Shown: positions 57,737-64,000 of the stretch, one piece after another
Position numbering within the stretch: the stretch's first letter is position 1
How the letters are laid out: each line of letters opens with the position of its first letter
Assembly (NCBI GenBank): GCA_024280835.1
Contig: JAJRPJ010000006.1
Location: forward strand, 358,098-422,097
Length of the DNA stretch: 64,000 bases
From: Candidatus Zixiibacteriota bacterium
GTDB taxonomy: Bacteria > Zixibacteria > MSB-5A5 > GN15 > JACZUZ01
Direction: 5' to 3'
Position numbers and translations under genes: made by a program
The notes under the pieces: model-generated
What the model was told of the DNA's origin: nothing
Seen by the model: only the letters and a program-made list of their open reading frames with translations
Databases searched by the model: none

Positions 57737-58270
57737 TTAACCGCGTGACCTACGTCCAGATTTGTGATGATTCTTTTTCATACGCTTGAGACCCTTCTGG
57801 GCCTTTGAATTTCTAGCGTCAAACTCGAGAGCAACTGCATAACTGCTTGCTGCTTTCTTGGGTTGCCCAGCGTGTTCATAATTCAAACCAAAAGCTACAT
57901 ATATCCGTGATTTAATACGCCTATCCTTCGGCGCTTGATTCAAAGCTAACTCAAGACGATACGTAGCTAGTTTGAAATCATGTGTCTCGTGATGACTCAA
58001 TCCCAAATAATATTGAGCTTCCCAATTACCTGGATTCTTAGCCAGTGATTTTTGAAATTGCTTAATAGCCTGTTTATATCTGCCCTTGCTGTAGAACTTC
58101 ACGCCATTCTTAAAATGTCGATCAGCGGCAACTACTTGACCCTTATTCTTATGTGCTTTTGTGTCCTCTTTGACTATCACTGTTCTGTGATAAGTTGCGC
58201 AGGATGAAGTAGTCAAAGACAATCCAGCGCAAAGTGCGCAGGTCGCCAAAAACAAAGTAGTCTTATTCAT
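57737..58270 (-). CDS. tetratricopeptide-repeat lipoprotein
   Basis: Lipobox LTTSSC. TPR-like repeats (YKQAIKQFQKSLAKNPGNWEAQYYLG ...). Basic C-terminal tail. Confidence 0.65.
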   Translation of the reverse strand: MNKTTLFLATCALCAGLSLTTSSCATYHRTVIVKEDTKAHKNKGQVVAADRHFKNGVKFYSKGRYKQAIKQFQKSLAKNPGNWEAQYYLGLSHHETHDFKLATYRLELALNQAPKDRRIKSRIYVAFGLNYEHAGQPKKAASSYAVALEFDARNSKAQKGLKRMKKNHHKSGRRSRG

Positions 58271-58284
58271 AGAATCTCTCCATT

Positions 58285-58305
58285 TGATTAGTGATTAGTG
58301 ATTAG
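58285..58305. repeat. perfect 7-nt tandem repeat x3 (TGATTAG)
   Basis: TGATTAG at 58285, 58292 and 58299, located 15-35 nt upstream of the TPR gene start on the minus strand. Confidence 0.9.
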
Positions 58306-58450
58306 TTCGTCACTTATCTAATTCGGCCGAATCTTCCGAGGATTCATTCCAGCGCTCTAACTTTGCACAGCCAGAGACACGGTTTACTGGCGAACCGCAG
58401 AACTTTCGCCGTGTCTAACGCTACTCTTAAGAAAAGCCGATAGAACCTTT

Positions 58451-59314
58451 ATGAGCACACAGAAATACACATCCGAGACACGAGTCGCTTTCCAAGGAGA
58501 GCACGGAGCGCATTCCGAAGCCGCTGCCTTTCAAGCCTTTGGGAACAAAATTACCACAGCGCCCTGTGAGACTTTTTCGGGGATATATGAGGCAGTTTCA
58601 AATGGCAAAGCCGACTACGGCATAGCGCCAATCGAAAACTCTCTAGTTGGCTCAATCCATCAAAACTATGATTTGTTACTGGAATGGCGACTACCTGTCA
58701 TTGGCGAAGTGAACTACAAAGTTTCGCATGCTCTCATGGCTCGCAAGGGCGCAACGATTGACGGAATCAATAAAGTTTATTCTCATCCTGTGGCGCTTGA
58801 GCAGTGTCGCGCGTTTTTTGAAGCCCATCCGCGTATGCAACCTGTGATTTGGAATGACACAGCCGGAGCTGTCAAAATGGTCGCTGAGTCTTCATTGATA
58901 AATGCCGCCGCATTGGCTGGTGTTTCGGCGGCACAGATCTACGACATGGAAATCCTGCAAGAAGAACTCGAAGACCAGTCCAACAATCACACACGATTTC
59001 TAATCATCGCCAAAAAACCAGAGCCGTTTGAAGGTCAGTGCAAAACCTCAGTTGTCTTTGCGCTGAAAAACGAGCCAGGCGCATTATTCAAATGCCTTTC
59101 GGTTTTCGCCTTACGTGATATCTCACTGACCAAAATTGAATCCCGCCCAATGCGACAAGAGGGTTGGCAGTATTATTTCTACATCGACTTTGCAGACTCA
59201 GCGCATTCTGAACGTGGAGCCAAGGCTTTGGCCCATCTTGAAGAAGTCGCAATATTTGTGAAAGTTCTCGGAACCTATGCCAGCGATTTGACATTCGCCA
59301 GTCATGCCCATTAA
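58451..59314 (+). CDS. pheA: prephenate dehydratase (PDT + ACT domains)
   Basis: AFQGEHGAHSE, IENSLVGSI and NHTRFL motifs, plus the ACT-domain TKIESRP motif. Confidence 0.9.
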   Translation: MSTQKYTSETRVAFQGEHGAHSEAAAFQAFGNKITTAPCETFSGIYEAVSNGKADYGIAPIENSLVGSIHQNYDLLLEWRLPVIGEVNYKVSHALMARKGATIDGINKVYSHPVALEQCRAFFEAHPRMQPVIWNDTAGAVKMVAESSLINAAALAGVSAAQIYDMEILQEELEDQSNNHTRFLIIAKKPEPFEGQCKTSVVFALKNEPGALFKCLSVFALRDISLTKIESRPMRQEGWQYYFYIDFADSAHSERGAKALAHLEEVAIFVKVLGTYASDLTFASHAH

Positions 59315-59357
59315 CTTCTATCAGAATTCATACCGTCATATATAGTGACCGCCAAGT

Positions 59358-60305
59358 ATGGAAAACCTACAAGAATACATTTCAGACTTCTTTGCTCTTG
59401 ACCCATCGACGGTCAGTAAAGTCATTTCATCAACATTACTAATTATTGTCCTAAGCCTGATTAGGTTAGTTGTCCTGCGGATTATTTTTCGTCACACCGA
59501 TGATGTTCGCATTCGCTATAACTGGCGTAAGACCTCTACCTATGTTTCAGTAATCCTTGGTATCCTGATTATTGGTCGAGTTTGGATTACAGGCTTCGAA
59601 TCGATCACCACCTACTTAGGCATAGTCTCAGCTGGTATTGCCATAGCTCTCAAAGACCCACTGTCGAATCTAGCGGCGTGGGTTTTTATCGTTTGGCGCA
59701 GGCCTTTTACACCTGGGGATAGAATCGAAATCGGCTCGGTGCGCGGTGATGTCATCGATCAACGAATTTTCCAATTCACTGTCATGGAAATCGGCAATTG
59801 GGTTGATGGTGATCAATCCACAGGTAGGGTGGTGCGCATTCCCAATGGCAAAGTCTTCACCGAATCGCTGGCAAATTATAGCAAAGGGTTCAAATTTATT
59901 TGGGATGAAATACAAGTCCTAGTGACATTCGAAAGTGACTGGAAAAAGGCCAAGAGCATCCTAACGAAAATCGCGCACGCACGAACCGAGCATCTAACCA
60001 AAGAAGCCGAGCGCCGAGTGCAAGAAGCCTCTGCAAAAATGATGATTTTCTACAAAACACTCACCCCGATTGTTTACACGTCAGTCAAAGACAGTGGTGT
60101 CATGCTCTCGATTCGTTTTCTCTGTGACCCAAGAAAAAGACGTGGCTCCGAACAAGAAATCTGGGAAGATATTCTAGATAGATTCGCCGAATGTGAAGAC
60201 ATCGATTTCGCCTACCCAACCCAGCGCTTATACAACAACATCAGCGAAGGCAAACCACAAGCCCGCGCCCAAATGCCTCTGCAGACTACTCACAAACAGA
60301 CGTAG
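59358..60305 (+). CDS. small-conductance mechanosensitive channel (MscS family)
   Basis: Three TM segments followed by PFTPGDRIEIGSVRGDVIDQ, the MscS beta-domain signature. Confidence 0.8.
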   Translation: MENLQEYISDFFALDPSTVSKVISSTLLIIVLSLIRLVVLRIIFRHTDDVRIRYNWRKTSTYVSVILGILIIGRVWITGFESITTYLGIVSAGIAIALKDPLSNLAAWVFIVWRRPFTPGDRIEIGSVRGDVIDQRIFQFTVMEIGNWVDGDQSTGRVVRIPNGKVFTESLANYSKGFKFIWDEIQVLVTFESDWKKAKSILTKIAHARTEHLTKEAERRVQEASAKMMIFYKTLTPIVYTSVKDSGVMLSIRFLCDPRKRRGSEQEIWEDILDRFAECEDIDFAYPTQRLYNNISEGKPQARAQMPLQTTHKQT

Positions 60306-60306
60306 T

Positions 60307-60328
60307 GGAGGGGCTTGCCCCTCCTTTT
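60307..60328 (+). terminator. GC-rich hairpin terminator after the MscS gene
   Basis: GGAGGGG / CCCCTCC stem followed by TTTT. Confidence 0.7.
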
Positions 60329-60367
60329 ACTCTAATTCACAGTCCTTTGCTAAATCACACCCCTTCG

Positions 60368-61540
60368 CTAACTAACCGCCCTACGATAAATCTCAGCATA
60401 CCTTCGCGCAACCGCTGGTCCAGTAAATCGCTCTTTAGCATTTTGCCTCGCAGCCTCAGCAAGCTCTTTGGTCCGCTCTGGATCGGTAAGAGCCTTTTGC
60501 AAAACATCAGCCAATGACTCCGCGCAATCAACTTCAGCGAGATAACCATTCTTGCCATCTTCAATAATATCAGTAATCCCACCTGAGTCCACACCCATAG
60601 GCAACGCCCCACAAAGAGCGCCTTCGACAAGTGTCAAACCGAAGCCTTCTTGGAATGAATTTAAAACGACTATCTGAGCGTGACAATAAAGCGCTCGCAA
60701 TTCTGCATGAGGAACAGGAGGAGAAATAGTCACTTGCTTAGACAAACCATATTCGCTGACCTTGGCCTTGATTTGATTTTCAAGAGGCCCAGCGCCAATA
60801 ATTTCTAGGTTGAAGACAACTCCACGTTCCTTCAACAGGTGGCAGGACTCAATCAGAAGTCCAACCCGTTTTTGTTCAGTAAAGCGTGTCACACAAACAA
60901 TCAGATTTGCATCACGCGAGAGCGCCTCATCTGGAAAGAACATGGTCTCGTCATTGGGCAACGGACAAACAGCTACCTTTTCAGACTGAGCTGGAAAAGC
61001 GCCTTGAGCAATTGACTGCAAATAGGAACTAACCACACTCCAAGACTTGGCCTGCCGAATTGCCGCCCCAGCAAACCAACGCGCCACCGCAAATCGCGAC
61101 AGCAAACGCACATCTGTGCCATGCGAATGAACCACCAACGGAATATTTGCCGCTTTGGCAACCTGCGCGGCCACAGGCGCCGAAGGAATCGCCCAATGCG
61201 CCGCTACCAAATCAAAACCTTCGGCTTTCACCAATGCGTCAGCGCTTTTGCGCATAGCTCGTAAAAATCGTCGAAAACGGAACAGCCCAGCAGGGCTGAG
61301 CAATTGCTTGTGCATATTCCCCCGATAGGCAAACACCTCATTCTCATCAGAATCATAGCGAAAACGCTTGATCGCAATTCCGTCAAGAGTCTCGGCCTCT
61401 GGCAAACCTGCGTCGTGCGGCGCCAAAACCGTGACCGCAATACCTTCGGACTTCAACTGACGCGCCAGTAGATGTAGGAACACTCCCGAATAGTCTTGAC
61501 TATGGCGTGGATAATTATGTGTGAGAAACAGTACCTTCAT
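60368..61540 (-). CDS. glycosyltransferase family 4 (GT-B)
   Basis: MKVLFLTHNYP N-terminus and the EGFGLTLVEGALCGALPM motif. ATG 61540 is preferred over the track start at 61588. Confidence 0.85.
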   Translation of the reverse strand: MKVLFLTHNYPRHSQDYSGVFLHLLARQLKSEGIAVTVLAPHDAGLPEAETLDGIAIKRFRYDSDENEVFAYRGNMHKQLLSPAGLFRFRRFLRAMRKSADALVKAEGFDLVAAHWAIPSAPVAAQVAKAANIPLVVHSHGTDVRLLSRFAVARWFAGAAIRQAKSWSVVSSYLQSIAQGAFPAQSEKVAVCPLPNDETMFFPDEALSRDANLIVCVTRFTEQKRVGLLIESCHLLKERGVVFNLEIIGAGPLENQIKAKVSEYGLSKQVTISPPVPHAELRALYCHAQIVVLNSFQEGFGLTLVEGALCGALPMGVDSGGITDIIEDGKNGYLAEVDCAESLADVLQKALTDPERTKELAEAARQNAKERFTGPAVARRYAEIYRRAVS

Positions 61541-61619
61541 GGAAAGCATAATAGTCAGTCTGGCCCTCGCTGGAAAGTTCAATCGCATATTTGCAATCTA
61601 GGCAGAATTGACCTACGCT

Positions 61620-62585
61620 ATGGGCATGAGAGAATCAGCCCAACAATCTAATGCGCTCCAATCTGAACTAAAAAACCCGATTTTGGATATTGCCGCTTCT
61701 TTCTGGGATGATGAACTCTATCGGGCTTTTCGTGTCTGTTATCAATCGATGCGCCAACTAGACGACATAGTTGATAACCTAAAAATCTCAGGTCTCTCCA
61801 AAAACCCCGAATTGAGAGCCGAGGTCAAAGAGGAGCTGGAAGAGGTAATTTTTCAATTACAAAACGATGTCCCAGCCCCAGCGGAAGTTGAAGAATTACG
61901 CGAGACAATGAAGCGGTTCTATATTCCGATGCAACCTTGGCTACGGCTGGCACGGTCTATGGAGTTCGACTTGGAGCATTCAGGTTTTGACTCATTCTTG
62001 CAATTCGTCCGCTATGCCAAAGGCGCCGCAGTGGCTCCAGCCTCGATTTTTATCCATCTAATAGGCCTTTCCCATAGCGCAGGAAATTATACTCCAGCCC
62101 CTGTGGATATATTCCAGTCAGCCAGACCACTAGCGATGTTCTCGTATCTAACCCACATCCTCCGCGATTTCCGTAAAGACGCCGAGGAAGGGCTGGAGTA
62201 TTTTCCAGAGAGCACACGACGTTTCTTTTCAATAACTACCAATGATTGGAAATCATCGGCCGATGGCTCGCAAACAGTCAATTTTACCGCGATGGTTAAG
62301 CGTTACCATCAGTTTTCCAGTAAATACCGCTCGCAATCAATAGTGGAAAACAACCCGATAACACCTTTCCTAGGTGAGGCCAATCGATTCAGTCTGCATC
62401 TAATCTGGGACTTATACTCTCAAATCCATGAATCTATAGTCGAGGCAGACTATATCTTAGATCCGCAACTAATTCATCCGACCAAGTCAGAGATATATAA
62501 CCGAGTCATGAATCTCGCTGACAAAATGAAGGTAGACCATGAAATTCTCAACCGTGGCCTAAGACGCGTCGGATTCGTTGAGTAA
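61620..62585 (+). CDS. squalene/phytoene synthase-family prenyl-diphosphate condensing enzyme
   Basis: First Asp-rich motif LDDIVD and second region HILRDFRKDAEEGLEYFP. The start is uncertain (TTG 61608, ATG 61620 or ATG 61626). Confidence 0.7.
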   Translation: MGMRESAQQSNALQSELKNPILDIAASFWDDELYRAFRVCYQSMRQLDDIVDNLKISGLSKNPELRAEVKEELEEVIFQLQNDVPAPAEVEELRETMKRFYIPMQPWLRLARSMEFDLEHSGFDSFLQFVRYAKGAAVAPASIFIHLIGLSHSAGNYTPAPVDIFQSARPLAMFSYLTHILRDFRKDAEEGLEYFPESTRRFFSITTNDWKSSADGSQTVNFTAMVKRYHQFSSKYRSQSIVENNPITPFLGEANRFSLHLIWDLYSQIHESIVEADYILDPQLIHPTKSEIYNRVMNLADKMKVDHEILNRGLRRVGFVE

Positions 62586-62640
62586 TATCTGTTGGGCAGT
62601 ATCTATTGAGATTGTTGTAGGGTCTTATATAGCGCTGAGT

Positions 62641-63075
62641 TCATCCACAAGATTCGCAGATTCCACCAAATCGACACAGCGGACAACTGACATATTCGTC
62701 GGCATCCAGCGATAGTTTAGCAAAACCACAATTCGGACAAACCGAGCCAATTTCAAACGAAGGGGCCTTAACCTTCAGCGTGGCTTTCTTAGATGATTGC
62801 GGAGTAGTGATTCGTGGCGCTCCTGGGCTAAGATCAGGTCCACAACCAGCCCCCCAGCCTGTCGGATACCAACGCCCGTGAACATCTTCAGGAAAGGCGC
62901 AGTTATTTCCAGCTTTACCTGGCCACTTAGGTTCATCTTTTCCTAGTTCTTGATTGTTTTGAGATAGGTCCTGCGAGATTGGTTTCTTCTCATTTTTCTC
63001 AATGGGGAGCTTACCAGTATTTTGATTACTTTGTGGCATAGATAAATCATCGGTAATTTTGCTATCAAGCGCCAT
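62641..63075 (-). CDS. hypothetical protein with C-terminal zinc-ribbon
   Basis: CPNCG...CPLCRFGGICESCG at the C-terminus, with a low-complexity N-terminal half. The start is uncertain (ATG 63075 or TTG 63120). Confidence 0.45.
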   Translation of the reverse strand: MALDSKITDDLSMPQSNQNTGKLPIEKNEKKPISQDLSQNNQELGKDEPKWPGKAGNNCAFPEDVHGRWYPTGWGAGCGPDLSPGAPRITTPQSSKKATLKVKAPSFEIGSVCPNCGFAKLSLDADEYVSCPLCRFGGICESCG

Positions 63076-63287
63076 TGATTTTCCGCTATTTGTTAGCCGC
63101 CATATGCTAATGTATCTCAATGACTTAGGCCGCTAGTTCTGTTTGTTTTGCGTCTGCTTCCAAATTGAGTTGCTCTCCAGCGAGCAAAAACCAATCTTTG
63201 AGTGAATGGGCGCAATATCATTGCGCCCTTGTATAAGGATTACAACCTAGGCAATCACTGTCGCATTCTAATGGAGAGAAGAAACAT

Positions 63288-64000
63288 ATGAATTACGAAT
63301 CTACGGACTCATCCTCTAAAGAGCCACAGCTCTCATCGGCAGAAGGAAATTATATGCTAAGATTAACTTTGGCAGCGCTCTTAGTTGTTTCTGTTTCGTT
63401 TTTCGGAACAGCGAGCGCAAATGCCAGCGACAAACTTTCAGTCACCGTCTACAATTCCGATTTGGGGGTTGTGCATGAAGTTCGTGATTTGGAGTTCAAG
63501 AAAGGCATCGGCCAATTGGCGTTTCGAGATGTGCCCTCAAGAATCGACCCAACTTCCGTCGGATTCCGCGCCATCGCCCCAAACGCCAAGGTAAATATCT
63601 TAGAACAAAACTACCAATTTGATTTGGTCAGCCCCGAAAAACTCTATGACCGTTATATCGACAAAGACATTGAATTAATTTCGAATGACGGCAAAATCTA
63701 CAGTGGAAAATTGCTCACCTATTCGTCTGGCGCTGTGACCTTGCAGGATGCGCATGGTCAAATCCAAATCGTCCGACTCGCCGAAATCAGCAATACGAAT
63801 CTACCAGAGCTGCCTGATGGATTAATTACTCGCCCAACTCTATTCTGGCAGTACTCTTCAAAGTTCTCAGGCAAAACTAGCTGTGAGGTCAGCTACCAAA
63901 CTGGTGGTATCAATTGGCATGCAGAATACGTAGCTGTTCTCGATGATGATGAAGCAAACATCAATCTTTCGGGATGGTCATCAATCGACAATCGCAGTGG
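63288..64000 (+). CDS. DUF4139/DUF4140 (mucoidy-inhibitor MuiA-like) protein, N-terminal part; continues beyond the window
   Basis: My own translation of the frame open from ATG 63288 (alternative start 63354) to the right edge: signal peptide, then VTVYNSDLGVVHEVRDLEFKKGIGQLAFRDVPSRIDPTSV...QNYQFDL...GGINWHAEY. This ORF is not in the supplied track because it has no stop inside the window. Confidence 0.7.
   Translation, partial: MNYESTDSSSKEPQLSSAEGNYMLRLTLAALLVVSVSFFGTASANASDKLSVTVYNSDLGVVHEVRDLEFKKGIGQLAFRDVPSRIDPTSVGFRAIAPNAKVNILEQNYQFDLVSPEKLYDRYIDKDIELISNDGKIYSGKLLTYSSGAVTLQDAHGQIQIVRLAEISNTNLPELPDGLITRPTLFWQYSSKFSGKTSCEVSYQTGGINWHAEYVAVLDDDEANINLSGWSSIDNRS

Noticed and set aside
58371-58420. 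A hairpin (AGACACGG...CCGTGTCT, with an alternative GGCGAA/TTCGCC pairing) upstream of pheA, considered as a Phe-leader attenuator.
   Set aside because: No leader peptide ORF with Phe codons and no T-run after the hairpin. The structure alone is insufficient.

Overview
This 64-kb window looks like a chromosomal segment of a diderm (Gram-negative-type) bacterium. The diderm call is inferred from several outer-membrane beta-barrel proteins and lipobox lipoproteins. GC looks moderate by eye and was not computed. I can support about 55 protein genes on both strands. I recognised no rRNA, tRNA, CRISPR array, transposase or integrase. Most of the content is housekeeping or core metabolism: thiolase/hbd/crotonase, Dus, an IPMS-family synthase next to a fused aconitase-family enzyme, a cold-shock protein, gyrB, dnaE, pheA, htpX, transporters and regulators. 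A block of secreted surface proteins at 19.2-23.9 kb interrupts this: an M64 peptidase with dockerin repeats and a propeller, and a fibre protein with an S74 chaperone domain. Three things stand out. (1) A 1.27-kb ORF-free stretch (40.9-42.15 kb) holds a near-consensus promoter, several long-range helices and a textbook intrinsic terminator, so it is a candidate large structured ncRNA of no class I recognise. It is followed by a sigma54-type promoter and three orphan genes, in the position where recF usually precedes DUF721-gyrB. (2) A 593-aa protein (38540-40321) joins two HTH-like motifs to an aconitase/LeuC-like domain in which every Fe-S cysteine ligand and catalytic motif is substituted. 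(3) A compositionally foreign orphan gene (51609-52334) sits between an M1 peptidase gene and dnaE. All calls come from reading the sequence and ORF translations by eye. No database search, RNA folding or statistics were run.
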